Assembly: GCA_905479265.1 (NCBI GenBank)
Contig: CAJQLX010000009.1
Span: forward strand, 564-64,563
Direction: 5' to 3'
DNA from: an uncultured Alphaproteobacteria bacterium
GTDB taxonomy: Bacteria; Pseudomonadota; Alphaproteobacteria; UBA7985
Length of the DNA: 64,000 nucleotides
The position numbers were made by a program, and so were the translations under genes. This document shows, in pieces, positions 7,443 to 18,639 of this stretch. Under the pieces are notes generated by a model. That model was not told the DNA's origin. It ran no database searches and worked only from the letters and a program-made list of their open reading frames with translations. Positions within the stretch are counted from its first letter, which is position 1. The number at the start of each line of letters is the position of its first letter.

Positions 7443-9368
7443 GTGAAGTCACGGGATTCCAAGAGAGGCGTTTTCGCTCCTGTAACAGCTGTTTGGCGAT
7501 GGTTATGGGCGCCGAGGAAGAATCCTCATGCGGTTGAGGAGCGCGCCGATCAGCGCCGCCGTGACAAAAGACGGCGCGGGACAAGCAACCCAGCGCGAAT
7601 GCCGAGCAACCGTAAGCCAGAGGCGGCAAAGGCAACGCAAGACCGGGCCTATGTCGATAAAAGCGGAAGCGTGCGCCTGACCGATGGTGGACGCATCATT
7701 GCCCGGGCTGGCAAAGGTTCCAAAACCGCGGCGCTTGCCGATGCCGAAGCCCTATACGAGCAGCGCTTGGGTGAACTGACGGCGCTCGAAACCGCGCTGT
7801 CCAACGCCTCTGTTTCAATCGCTGGCTTAGAGCCGCAGGTCGCTCAGTTAAAAGTGGATCTCAGGGATACGCCCGGGCTCGGTGATCTCGACGCCTTGGA
7901 CGCGCGATTTGCGGCGTTGGAAACGGCTTTGGAGGCGCACACGCAGGCCCAATGGGGCCAAAAGCGCGACATCATTGGTCGGCTGGAGGCCTTGAGCAAA
8001 GCGTCACCCAGCACGCTAACCGCCCGCATCGACGCGCTGGTTGAGGAGTGGGGTCAGTCCGGTTCTGCTGGTGCCGTCCATGATACCGTGCTCGAACGAC
8101 GCTACGTCGCGGCACTGGAAGCGGCAACAAAGCGCGCGCAGATCGCCACAGAACAGCCAGAGCTGTTTGCAGCAGAGCGGCAAGCTGTTCTCGATGACTT
8201 GGTCGAGTTGATGTCCAGCACCCACCGCAGCAACATGCAGCCGAAACTCCACGGCTTGATGCAGGCTTGGGAAGAAGCCGGCGGGCCGGACGATGGTGCG
8301 CTGGACCAGCGCTTCACCCAGATGACGGCGGCGGTTGAACGGGACATTCTTGCGCTTGCGAGTGAAACACAGAATTTGCGCGCTGAGGCCGAAGAGGAAG
8401 CGACTGTGCTTGAGCAAGCCTTCGACAGCCTCGCGAGCGATGCGGATGCCTTAACCGACGGCAAAGATTTGCAGCGCTTGGCCCAGTCTGTGAGCACCTT
8501 GGAAACAAAATCAGGCGGGCAAAACCGCGATATTACCGACAAACTGCGTCGCCGGATTGATGAATTGCAATGGCGCGCAGATCGAGAAATCGAAAAACGT
8601 CGCGCGCAAGTCGCAACGCTGGCCAACGATGCCCGGCAGCATCTGATTCGTGCCAAGGAGATTCCCACAGAGCCCTCAACGCTCAAAGAGTGGCGCGGTA
8701 TTGAAGAAGCGGCCAAAGCCGGCATGGACAGCGCGGAAAACGCGCTGGCGACCATGAAGAAATTGGGGCGCGTTGCCGCTGAGGATGTCGGGAGAATAGG
8801 CGCAGATCTCCGCGACACACGCAAAGCCGTGAACGAAGCCCGCAAAGCGTTTTTTGAGACGCTCGACGAAAGCCGGGAAACAAACAATTTCCGCAAGCGC
8901 GCCCTCTTGGACCGCTTGAGCCACCCGCCTCTGGGCGCGTCGGTCAAAGCACTTGATGAGCACGTCGAGGCTGTCATGGCCGACTGGAAACAGACCGGCA
9001 GTGCCGGGCGGGAGACGGACCAAGCGCTTTGGGCGGAGTTTCAGGATGTGCGATCGGGCATTCGTACGCTCCGCGATGACGCATCGGCTGCTGAACGCGC
9101 CGATTTTGGCGCGCGCTTGGCTGAAGCCTTCACCCGAAAACGCGAATTGAGCTACGCGCTTGAAGATGAAATCCGCATGGGCAAGCTCGTTCTGGAAAAC
9201 AAACCAGACCCAAAGTTCGAGAAAGAATTAAAGCGCAAAGAGCGTCGTTTGGGGGATCTCCGCAAGGATTTGTCCGACATCCAGCGCAAACTGTCCAAGC
9301 TGTCAAAAACCAAGGCGCCACTGGTGGCTGAAGCCGAAGCGAAGCAACCCTCTGATCACGCCGCATAA
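7443..9368 (+). CDS. DUF349-like helical-repeat protein (alternative start at ATG 7599)
   Basis: Long, charged, alpha-helical protein with repeated W..xxG.xxxE..L motifs (QAQWGQKRDIIGRLEAL ; LVEEWGQSGSAG ; LMQAWEEAGGPDDGALDQRF ; VMADWKQTGSAGRETDQALWAEF) that are characteristic of DUF349. The first 52 codons are Arg-rich and may not be translated. Confidence 0.6.
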   Translation: MKSRDSKRGVFAPVTAVWRWLWAPRKNPHAVEERADQRRRDKRRRGTSNPARMPSNRKPEAAKATQDRAYVDKSGSVRLTDGGRIIARAGKGSKTAALADAEALYEQRLGELTALETALSNASVSIAGLEPQVAQLKVDLRDTPGLGDLDALDARFAALETALEAHTQAQWGQKRDIIGRLEALSKASPSTLTARIDALVEEWGQSGSAGAVHDTVLERRYVAALEAATKRAQIATEQPELFAAERQAVLDDLVELMSSTHRSNMQPKLHGLMQAWEEAGGPDDGALDQRFTQMTAAVERDILALASETQNLRAEAEEEATVLEQAFDSLASDADALTDGKDLQRLAQSVSTLETKSGGQNRDITDKLRRRIDELQWRADREIEKRRAQVATLANDARQHLIRAKEIPTEPSTLKEWRGIEEAAKAGMDSAENALATMKKLGRVAAEDVGRIGADLRDTRKAVNEARKAFFETLDESRETNNFRKRALLDRLSHPPLGASVKALDEHVEAVMADWKQTGSAGRETDQALWAEFQDVRSGIRTLRDDASAAERADFGARLAEAFTRKRELSYALEDEIRMGKLVLENKPDPKFEKELKRKERRLGDLRKDLSDIQRKLSKLSKTKAPLVAEAEAKQPSDHAA

Positions 9369-9458
9369 ATTGGAAAAACACGGCTTTTTAGCAATTGATA
9401 TTGTTTTCGCCGTAAAATCGTGGTTCTCCAGACGTGATACTTTGAGGTTTTTGAATTT

Positions 9459-10583
9459 ATGCGCTTAATTCTCGCGGCCAGTGGCTTTTTTCTGTCTCTG
9501 CTGGTCACAGGTTGCACCGCGTCTGTTGACGGCGGGGTTATGGATCCTGAGGCTGCTGAACAGGCTGTCGCAGAACTGTTCGCGGACAATGGTGAGCGGG
9601 TTTTGATGCAGGGTAGCGCCGCCGATATTCTTGACCAAGAAGCCTTGGATAGCGCGGCGTCTCCGGATGAGCGCAAGTTTGTGATCCAAACGGATCAAGG
9701 CATCTTTTCGATGACCCAAGCCCAGCTCAACCAGTACCTCGCCATCCGCCGGGCGGAAGAAGCCGAAAAAGCGCAGTTGGCAGCCAGTCAAACGGGGCTG
9801 ATTAGCCCCTATGGGCGGGTGGTGTCGCGCACGGTTGTCGCGGGATCAACCTCATCGACGGCCACCCCGCAGCCAGCAGCCCGCGCCAAAGCCCCGCCCA
9901 TCGACCCCACGACAATCAAGTCGACAAAGTCGGTTCCGGGCGCTTTTGACCAATATGTTGGCCCCAGCCTCGCCTTTACCAAAGGCCCAAGCGACCTCAA
10001 AAACGCGGACGGCTCGCACGCCTGTGTGCTGACATTCGACGATGGTCCTCATCATGGTCGAGACGCCCAGATTTATGACATTCTGGACGCCAAAGGGGTG
10101 AAGGCCGTGTTCTTCTTCTTGGGTGAAAAAGTCCAAGCGAACCCCAATACCGCCAAGGAAGCCAAGGCCCGCGGACACGAAGTCGGCTACCACTCGTGGG
10201 ACCACAAAAACCTGCGCGCCGAAAGTATGGCGACGGTACAGGCTGACTTTACCAAGGGACTGGCCGCCTTTAACGCCGTGGGTTTGCGGCCCAAGGTGTT
10301 CCGGCCCCCTTTCGGCAATTACAACTCCGGGATCATCGCCACGGCGAAGAAACACGGCATGTCGGTGGTCAACTGGACCAACGATAGTCTGGATTGGAAG
10401 ATCAAATCAGCAGCCGGTATCACCTCTCGCGTGCTGGAGCAGAGCGCGCCGGGGGATATCGTGTTGCTGCATTCAATACACGAGCGGTCGGTTGAAGCGC
10501 TGCCGGGGATCATCGACGGCCTGAAAGCGCAAGGGTGCCGCTTTATCTCCATGCAGTCATGGATCACGCGCGCCACGTCTTAA
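9459..10583 (+). CDS. Lipoprotein with a C-terminal polysaccharide deacetylase (NodB/CE4) domain
   Basis: Lipobox LVTGC follows the signal peptide. The CE4 motifs are present (LTFDDGPH, HEVGYHSWDH, RPPFG, LLHS). Confidence 0.8.
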   Translation: MRLILAASGFFLSLLVTGCTASVDGGVMDPEAAEQAVAELFADNGERVLMQGSAADILDQEALDSAASPDERKFVIQTDQGIFSMTQAQLNQYLAIRRAEEAEKAQLAASQTGLISPYGRVVSRTVVAGSTSSTATPQPAARAKAPPIDPTTIKSTKSVPGAFDQYVGPSLAFTKGPSDLKNADGSHACVLTFDDGPHHGRDAQIYDILDAKGVKAVFFFLGEKVQANPNTAKEAKARGHEVGYHSWDHKNLRAESMATVQADFTKGLAAFNAVGLRPKVFRPPFGNYNSGIIATAKKHGMSVVNWTNDSLDWKIKSAAGITSRVLEQSAPGDIVLLHSIHERSVEALPGIIDGLKAQGCRFISMQSWITRATS

Positions 10584-10614
10584 AACGGCGTCAGACAGAC
10601 CTGAGTGCGCTGGT

Positions 10615-11055
10615 CTAGGACGGCAGTTCGTTCGACAGGATTGAACCGAAACCACAGCCGCCGACGGCGAACGAGACACCTGAAACAGGTTTCCACGCCC
10701 CGATCGCGCCGGCATCTCGCAGTCTCTCGACAAAGTCAGGATCCGTATTCTCGATGATCCAGGCGTTTGAAAAGAGCGTGGCGCGGATCACGCGCGCGTC
10801 TGTTTGATCAATAGCGTCAAAAACCACGTCCGCCGGTGTGCGCGGCGGGAAAACGGCGAGCACGGTTCCGCTGAAATCCTGCGGCAATCGTGTGGCCAAC
10901 GCTAAGGCCACCGAAAGCACCATCATAGCCAGAACGCCCACCGTCAGCGCCCAAAACGCCACGGCGGTCTGAGACCAAGCTGATGGCGAGGTTGGGGTTG
11001 AGGGGGTGGCCTGCGGTCCCTGCGCGGGATCACTATCGGTCATGCTACCCATCAC
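10615..11055 (-). CDS. Hypothetical membrane-anchored protein
   Basis: 146-aa ORF ending 3 nt before the MFS gene, probably co-transcribed with it. It has a Pro/Ser/Thr-rich N-terminus and one TM helix (VAFWALTVGVLAMMVLSVALALA). I recognise no family. Confidence 0.45.
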   Translation of the reverse strand: MMGSMTDSDPAQGPQATPSTPTSPSAWSQTAVAFWALTVGVLAMMVLSVALALATRLPQDFSGTVLAVFPPRTPADVVFDAIDQTDARVIRATLFSNAWIIENTDPDFVERLRDAGAIGAWKPVSGVSFAVGGCGFGSILSNELPS

Positions 11056-11058
11056 ACA

Positions 11059-12345
11059 TTAAGCAGCGACAGGCTGCGGCGCAGCGCGGTCGATCGGCTT
11101 TTCATCGATGGGCCAATGGATCACCGTTGCGAAGACACCCATCATAATCGCCGCAATCCACATCCACGTCAGCTCTCCGGTCACGTTTTGGATCCAACGG
11201 GCGAGGAACGTCGCGAAGAAGCTGCCAATTTGGTGGGAGACAAAAACGATGGCGTAGAGTGTCGTCATATACCGCACCCCAAACACTTGCGCGACAATGC
11301 CTTGTGTGAGGGGCACCGTCGCCAGCCAAAGAAGGCCCATACAGGATGCAAAGACCAGGGCGCTGATGGGGGTGATCGGGAACACGATAAAGCAGGTCAT
11401 GACCAAAGAGCGCCCGGCGTAAATGAACACCAATGCGTATTTCTTGGATCTATTTCTGCCAAACACACCCGCAGCGTAGGCACCGATGATGTTGAACACG
11501 CCAATCAGAGCCAAGGATACCGCGCCAATACCCCCAAGACCGTTGAGCCATTGGGGTTGAACCCCCTCATCGATCAGGAATTTGGGCAGATAGATTGTAA
11601 TCAGAGCGATGTGAAACCCGCACACAAAGAAACCGAAAAACAGCAGAACATAACCCCGCTGCCGAAACGCAAATCGGACTTCTTCCAAGACCTCAGCAAA
11701 GCTGCCTGACGTGTCACTTGCGCCTTTTTCAGCGGCTGTTCCTTTGATACCAGCGAACAGGAACGAAAGCGGGATGATGAGGAAGGTTAAGCCAGCAAGC
11801 ACGTAAAGGGCGTTATCCCAGCCCAGTTGCTGCAACATCATCCCGGCGGGCAAGCCTACGGCAAACTGTCCAAAGGACGCCGCTGCTGTCCCGATGCCCA
11901 GCGCCCAGGATCTTTGCTCTGGTGAAACCAGTTTACTGAAGCTCATCGCGACGATGGTGAAGCTGGTCGCGGCGATCCCTGAACCGGTCAATCCGCCCAT
12001 AAAAATGTACGTCATGAGTGTACCGGGGAGAATCAGCATGCCGATGATGCCCAACCCATACAGCAAGGAACCTGCAATCAGCACCCATAGGGGGCCAAAG
12101 CGGTCCACCAAACTGGCGGCATAAGCCCCCATCAAGCCCCACAGCAGATTTTGCCACCCCAAAGCCAAACCGAAGTCAGCAGCGGAAACGCCAATAGCGT
12201 CGGGAGCCCCAGCGACAAACAGACCGAATGTCGAGCGCACACCCATGGATATCAGCGCCATCATGCATCCGGCGATGATGATGAGGCCAACGCGCGGGCT
12301 GATGGCGGATGTGGATTGACTGCCTGTCATCAATACTACTCCCAA
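11059..12345 (-). CDS. MFS transporter
   Basis: 428 aa with 12 predicted TM segments and MFS-like loop motifs. Confidence 0.8.
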   Translation of the reverse strand: MGVVLMTGSQSTSAISPRVGLIIIAGCMMALISMGVRSTFGLFVAGAPDAIGVSAADFGLALGWQNLLWGLMGAYAASLVDRFGPLWVLIAGSLLYGLGIIGMLILPGTLMTYIFMGGLTGSGIAATSFTIVAMSFSKLVSPEQRSWALGIGTAAASFGQFAVGLPAGMMLQQLGWDNALYVLAGLTFLIIPLSFLFAGIKGTAAEKGASDTSGSFAEVLEEVRFAFRQRGYVLLFFGFFVCGFHIALITIYLPKFLIDEGVQPQWLNGLGGIGAVSLALIGVFNIIGAYAAGVFGRNRSKKYALVFIYAGRSLVMTCFIVFPITPISALVFASCMGLLWLATVPLTQGIVAQVFGVRYMTTLYAIVFVSHQIGSFFATFLARWIQNVTGELTWMWIAAIMMGVFATVIHWPIDEKPIDRAAPQPVAA

Positions 12346-12600
12346 GCGAACCTAATACGGCGACTACACCCCTGACCATGAACTCTCTGTGGCAAAAGAA
12401 AAGTCTTTGTTTTGATGCAGCGCGCCTTTTCAGCCCTGCTGTCGAAGCTGGGCATGGGACCGAGGCCTTGGGCTGGACCGATGCTGGGGTTTGGTTGCGA
12501 CCTTTGGCAAAGGTGACGCGCAAAAAGCAGCCTATGCACGAGGGGGGCTAACGGGTTAAGCCCATAGCAGTATTTTCGCCCCCAGAACCCCACGCGCCCT

Positions 12601-13302
12601 ATGATCGATCAACCGACAACGGATCTCCCCCCCATCTTTGTCGCTCTGGACATGAGCGAAGCCGAAGTTGCGCCTTTAATGGGCGCGCTAGACGGTCTGA
12701 ATGTGGGCTACAAAGTGGGTATGGAGCTGTTTTACCAATCTGGCGCGTCGCTGGTAAAAAGGTTGGCCGCAGACCATCCGATTTTCTTGGATTTGAAGCT
12801 TCACGATATTCCGAACACGGTCCGCTCGGCCGGCGCACGCATCGCCGATCTGGGCGTGAGAGTGACGACGGTCCATGCCGCAGGCGGCGCCGCAATGCTC
12901 GCGCCCTTGCCCGCGCTGGAACGCGATGATTTTCAGTTTCTGGCGGTCACGGTGCTGACCAGCATGAACAACAGTGACTTGGCCGGCTTAGGCGTGCTGG
13001 ACGCCAATCCAGCGGCGCGGGTGCAGCGTCTGTTCCAACTGGCAACCGGAAGCGGGATTACGGGCTTCATCTGTTCTCCGCTCGAAGTTGCAGCACTCAG
13101 CGGTCAATTGCCGAACGGAACCTTTATCACACCCGGCGTTCGCCCCGCCGGTGCCGCCTTGAACGACCAAAACCGCGTGGCCACGCCGGCGCAAGCGAAG
13201 CAGAGTGGCGCAACGTCCTTGGTCATTGGCCGCCCCATCACCCAAGCCCAAGACCCGCGCGCAGCAGCACAGGCCATATTGGACGAGCTTGCACATGGTT
13301 AA
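12601..13302 (+). CDS. pyrF: Orotidine 5'-phosphate decarboxylase
   Basis: Contains the conserved FVALD..., DLKLHDIPNTV and LVIGRPIT motifs. Length is 233 aa. Confidence 0.9.
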   Translation: MIDQPTTDLPPIFVALDMSEAEVAPLMGALDGLNVGYKVGMELFYQSGASLVKRLAADHPIFLDLKLHDIPNTVRSAGARIADLGVRVTTVHAAGGAAMLAPLPALERDDFQFLAVTVLTSMNNSDLAGLGVLDANPAARVQRLFQLATGSGITGFICSPLEVAALSGQLPNGTFITPGVRPAGAALNDQNRVATPAQAKQSGATSLVIGRPITQAQDPRAAAQAILDELAHG

Positions 13303-14116
13303 GCCCATTCGTCTCATGGGTCAGTTCCCACCGCTCGCCGCAGGCCGCGTCATCCGCCAAGTCGTGGCTGACGGCCTGTTCGGTCAGTGGCGGCTGTTGC
13401 TGATGGTTGCCATTGTGCCCTTTATTCTGGCGCTGATGATCGATTTGGGTTCGGCGCTGGTTCTGGATTTTCGCGGATCGCGTAACTTGGTTGGAAGCCC
13501 CGAAGCCATAGCTGTCGACCTGATCGCTCTGATCCTGCTCGAAGTGCTGGTCGGGGCGTATTACACCACCAACGTCGCGCGGCTTTTGGGCATTGGATCC
13601 CGCAAAGGAAAAGTGACAATCGACGAAGACTGGCGCGACGCCTTTGGTGGCGTTGCCCTGCGATTGGCTGTGTTTTACTTTTTTGGTGGATTGCTCATGG
13701 GCGGCGGCTTTGTCGCCTATCTCGTCTTCCGAGACGACTTGCCCAACCCCCAGCTGGCTCCGCTGATGATCGCCGTGCCTGCGATGATCCAACTTTACCT
13801 CTATGCGCGGTTTAGCTTTGTTATCTCCGCTGCTGCCGTCGGCGCGCCCTACACCTTTGGCGACAGCGTCCGGGCGACAGGCGGCATCACGCTGCTGGTT
13901 CTTGGGCTGAACCTCGCATTTTCCCTGCCCCTTGTGGTGGGTCAATTGGCCTTGCAAACCAGCACATCCTCCGCCCCCGCCTTTGGTATGACGTACTTCG
14001 GCACCATGCTGCTCACCCAAGCTCTCTTCTTGCTGCGTGTGGCCGTTTTCACCATCATCAATCTTGTATGCTTTGTGAACCGCACCGGCTGGGCGCCCGG
14101 TGCGCGACGCGTCTAG
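13295..14116 (+). CDS. Hypothetical polytopic membrane protein
   Basis: The ATG at 13295 overlaps the pyrF stop by 8 nt. About 6 TM helices; no family recognised. The 13205 start in the ORF track would overlap pyrF by about 100 nt, so I rejected it. Confidence 0.55.
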   Translation: MVKPIRLMGQFPPLAAGRVIRQVVADGLFGQWRLLLMVAIVPFILALMIDLGSALVLDFRGSRNLVGSPEAIAVDLIALILLEVLVGAYYTTNVARLLGIGSRKGKVTIDEDWRDAFGGVALRLAVFYFFGGLLMGGGFVAYLVFRDDLPNPQLAPLMIAVPAMIQLYLYARFSFVISAAAVGAPYTFGDSVRATGGITLLVLGLNLAFSLPLVVGQLALQTSTSSAPAFGMTYFGTMLLTQALFLLRVAVFTIINLVCFVNRTGWAPGARRV

Positions 14117-14129
14117 AAAGAGATCTCCG

Positions 14130-15587
14130 ATGACGGTGCTTAGAACACTCTCGCAAATCATAATTTTTGGCAGCGCTGCTGCGGCACCCGCTGCGGTGTA
14201 CTTGGGCGCACAATCGGGCCTGCTGGACCTGAAGAACGCCATATACGGACTGTGTGTCGTTGCCGTTCTGTATCACGCTGCGGCTTGGGAATTTACCGGG
14301 CTGATGGCCCTGCGTCGGGGGCAGCTTGGCGGCGGGCTGGCGCAGCCTGCGCCGTTCTGGTCCGGACCGGGTCTGCGTTCAACCGTGCTGGGTTTCAGCA
14401 TCATTTTCGCCGCTGTGTTTGGCTGGATTGGCTTAACCATGGTTGGCTCGCTGCTGACCTATGCCGATGGCGAGACTTTGTGGGGCAGCCTTGGCGCTGC
14501 GGTTGGGGATTTCATCGAATACGGCTCTAACGACCCCCGAAAACTCGCCACCATCGGTGTTGAAACCACCCAGGCACCTGCGCTGGATCAGCAAGCGGTC
14601 AACCAAAGCGCGCTGTTTGCCGTTATTGGCGTCAGCGGCATGCTGATCGCCTATTTCTTCGTCCGCGCTTGGGCCGTTGTGCCGCTGCGTCATCGCCGCC
14701 CCAAGAAGGCATTTACCTTTCATGCATGGAGCGCGCTGCGCGGCCTCAGCGCCGTGCGAGCCGCGCTGGCGCTGGTTGTCGCCACCGGTCTGGCGGTTTG
14801 GCTGCTGAACCTATCGGCGTTCGCTGCGCTCGGCGCGTATTTATCGCTGATCGGCTCCGGGCTTGCCTTGGTCATCTTTCTTGGCGTCACGTGGTTGGTT
14901 GCCGATAAGATTCTGAGCGAGACGACGCCGCTCCCTGCCCGGTGCTATGCGAAGATTTGCGGTGTCAAAACGCCGGAGATCCTCGAAGAGGTCATTCAAA
15001 ACGGCGCAACACACGTTGGTTTTGTGTTCTTTGAAAAGTCGCCTCGGAACGTCGATTTCGAAACAGCCGCCGCGCTTTGCCAGCAAGCCAAGGGCCGAAT
15101 CAGTCGTGTGGGATTGGTGGTCGAGCCCACAGACGACTTCCTCGACGTGCTGCTGGCTGTGGTTGACCTCGACATGCTGCAGGTCCATGCCCACGACGGC
15201 GCTGCCCGGTTCGCCGCCATCCGCGAGCGCACAGGCCTGCCGGTTATTGCCGTTGTCTCCGTCGCTGATTCCGATGATTTGGCGGCCGTTCCGGCCATCC
15301 GCAAGGCGTCAGACGGCCTGCTGTTTGATGCGAAACCGCCAAAAAACAGCGAACTGCCGGGCGGTAATGCGCTGTCATTCGATCACCGGGTGCTGGCTGC
15401 CGCCAAAATTGGCAACACGCCGTGGATGCTCGCCGGTGGCTTAAACCCCGATAATGTGGCTAAAGCTATCACGGTAACTCAACCAACCTATGTTGATGTC
15501 TCCTCGGGTGTCGAAAAAGACGGCGAAAGAGGGACGAAAGATCCTGAGAAGATCAGAGCCTTCTTAGCCGCAGTTGCCCAAGCTTGA
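14130..15587 (+). CDS. trpF: Polytopic membrane domain (about 270 aa) continuous in-frame with phosphoribosylanthranilate isomerase TrpF (C-terminal about 215 aa); either a genuine fusion or a TrpF with a non-canonical start (TTG 14895 / ATT 14910)
   Basis: The C-terminal part carries the TrpF signature (AKICGVKTPE..VGFVFF..SPR..LQVHA..LLFDAK..GGNALSFDHRVL..WMLAGGLNPDNV). It sits directly upstream of trpB and trpA, as in the conserved trpFBA-accD-folC cluster. There is no stop codon and no in-frame ATG or GTG between the membrane region and the TrpF domain. Confidence 0.55.
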   Translation: MTVLRTLSQIIIFGSAAAAPAAVYLGAQSGLLDLKNAIYGLCVVAVLYHAAAWEFTGLMALRRGQLGGGLAQPAPFWSGPGLRSTVLGFSIIFAAVFGWIGLTMVGSLLTYADGETLWGSLGAAVGDFIEYGSNDPRKLATIGVETTQAPALDQQAVNQSALFAVIGVSGMLIAYFFVRAWAVVPLRHRRPKKAFTFHAWSALRGLSAVRAALALVVATGLAVWLLNLSAFAALGAYLSLIGSGLALVIFLGVTWLVADKILSETTPLPARCYAKICGVKTPEILEEVIQNGATHVGFVFFEKSPRNVDFETAAALCQQAKGRISRVGLVVEPTDDFLDVLLAVVDLDMLQVHAHDGAARFAAIRERTGLPVIAVVSVADSDDLAAVPAIRKASDGLLFDAKPPKNSELPGGNALSFDHRVLAAAKIGNTPWMLAGGLNPDNVAKAITVTQPTYVDVSSGVEKDGERGTKDPEKIRAFLAAVAQA

Positions 15588-15633
15588 AACACTGCTAGTG
15601 TTTGCCCGATTCTGAATACGAGACAGGAAAACA

Positions 15634-16868
<1,235 letters not shown>

Positions 16869-16872
<4 letters not shown>

Positions 16873-17684
16873 GCACGCGGATCGATGCAAAATTCGCTGA
16901 ATTGAAAGCCCAAGGGCGCCCGGGTTTTGTCTCCTACATCATGTCTGGTGACCCGAACATGGACACCAGCTTGGAGATCCTCAAAGGCCTGCCCGCGGCA
17001 GGAGCTGACATTATCGAGCTGGGGATGTGCTTCACCGATCCCATGGCCGACGGTGTTGCGATCCAGCTGGCGGCCCAGCGCGCGCTCAAAGGCGGACAGA
17101 CGCTGCCAAAGACGCTGGAAATGGTGCAGGAGTTCCGCAAGGAAGACCGCGACACACCGCTGATCCTGATGGGCTACTACAACCCGATCTACATCTACGG
17201 CGTCGATCGCTTCCTCGCTGCGGCCAAAGCTGCGGGTGTTGACGGTCTGATTGTCGTGGATTTACCGCCCGAAGAAGACGACGAGCTTTGCATCCCGGCG
17301 AATGAAGCCGGCATGAACTTCATCAGACTGGCAACGCCAACGACCGATGAAGCCCGCTTGCCCGCCGTCCTCAGCAACACGTCAGGCTTTGTCTATTACG
17401 TCTCGATCACCGGCATCACCGGTGCGGCGTCGGCCACACAGTCCAACGTCGAAGCGGCGGTGGCCCGATTGAAAAAGTTTACCGACCTGCCCATCGCCGT
17501 CGGTTTTGGCATCAACACGCCTGAGCAAATTCGCGAAATTGGCACCGTTGCTGACGCGGCTGTGGTTGGATCCGCCATTGTCCGGCAGATCGAAAACAAT
17601 CTCGACGACGACGGCAACCCAAAGCCCGGCTTGGTTGATGCCGTGCTAGAGTTTACAAAGACCCTGTCACAAGGCGTCCGCTAA
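16869..17684 (+). CDS. trpA: Tryptophan synthase alpha chain
   Basis: Start [29 protein letters not shown] in an ATGA overlap with the trpB stop. TrpA motifs are present ([17 protein letters not shown]). Confidence 0.9.
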
Positions 17685-17700
17685 CCGCATCTGAGGTTCT

Positions 17701-18639
17701 ATGAACTGGCTATCCCGACACGTCCGTCCCGGTATTCAACGACTGGTCGGCAACAAGAAAGAAACGCCCGATAACCTTTGGACCAAGTGTCAGTCTTGCG
17801 ACCAGATGCTGTTCCACAAGGCGCTCGCAGAGAATCTGCAGGTGTGCACCCATTGTGGTCATCACCATCGCATGACCGTGCTTGAACGTCTCGATAGCCT
17901 GTTCGACGACGGCGCCTACCAGCGTCTGGAGCAGCCCGAACTGCCGGCTGATCCGCTCAAGTTCAAGGACAAGAAGCCTTACATCGCGCGGCTGAAAGAA
18001 TACCAGTCCAAGACCGATGAAAAAGATGCCGTGATCGTCGCAAAGGGCACGATGGGCGATGCGCCCGTGATCATCGCAGCCTTCAACTTTGCCTTCATGG
18101 GCGGCTCGATGGGCCGCGCGGTCGGTGAAGCCTTGGTCCTCGCTGCTGAGGCTGCTGTGGCCAACAAAGCCGCTCTGCTCGTCATTCCAGCCAGTGGCGG
18201 TGCGCGCATGCAGGAAGGCATTTTGAGCCTGATGCAAATGCCGCGCTCGATCATTGCCGTCGAGCATATGCGAGAAGCGCGCCTGCCCTACGTGGTGCTG
18301 CTGACCAACCCGACAACCGGCGGTGTGACGGCAAGTTTTGCGATGCTGGGCGATCTGACGCTGTCCGAACCCAATGCCGTCATCGGTTTTGCTGGCCGCC
18401 GCGTGATCGAGGAAACGATCCGCGAGCAACTGCCTGACGATTTCCAAACTGCCGAATATTTGCAGGAACACGGCATGGTCGACCAAGTCGTTGACCGGCT
18501 GGAACTGCGGGGCCGTCTGATCATGCTGTTTGGCCTGCTGCGCGGTGTTCCGGGGCCAACCGTGCCAGCCGATCCCGCCACAGACGGGGCGCCTGCCATG
18601 GCCGAAGACGAACCCATCGCGAGTTTTGACCAAGTATGA
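17701..18639 (+). CDS. accD: Acetyl-CoA carboxylase carboxyltransferase beta subunit
   Basis: N-terminal zinc ribbon (CQSCDQML..CTHCGHH) and a carboxyltransferase domain (FAFMGGSMG). Confidence 0.9.
   Translation: MNWLSRHVRPGIQRLVGNKKETPDNLWTKCQSCDQMLFHKALAENLQVCTHCGHHHRMTVLERLDSLFDDGAYQRLEQPELPADPLKFKDKKPYIARLKEYQSKTDEKDAVIVAKGTMGDAPVIIAAFNFAFMGGSMGRAVGEALVLAAEAAVANKAALLVIPASGGARMQEGILSLMQMPRSIIAVEHMREARLPYVVLLTNPTTGGVTASFAMLGDLTLSEPNAVIGFAGRRVIEETIREQLPDDFQTAEYLQEHGMVDQVVDRLELRGRLIMLFGLLRGVPGPTVPADPATDGAPAMAEDEPIASFDQV

Noticed and set aside
7443-7598. N-terminal 52 codons of the DUF349 ORF as a possible separate basic peptide
   Set aside because: It is in-frame with and continuous into the DUF349 body. 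It is more simply an extended N-terminus or untranslated leader, so I kept it only as an alternative-start note.
8102-8977. 291-aa ORF antisense to the DUF349 gene
   Set aside because: Ser/Ala/Arg-rich low-complexity sequence. DUF349 repeats on the sense strand explain the open antisense frame.
13238-14242. 334-aa minus-strand ORF covering the hypothetical membrane protein region
   Set aside because: Highly charged, Gly/Gln/His-rich and not protein-like. The sense strand encodes a coherent multi-TM protein.
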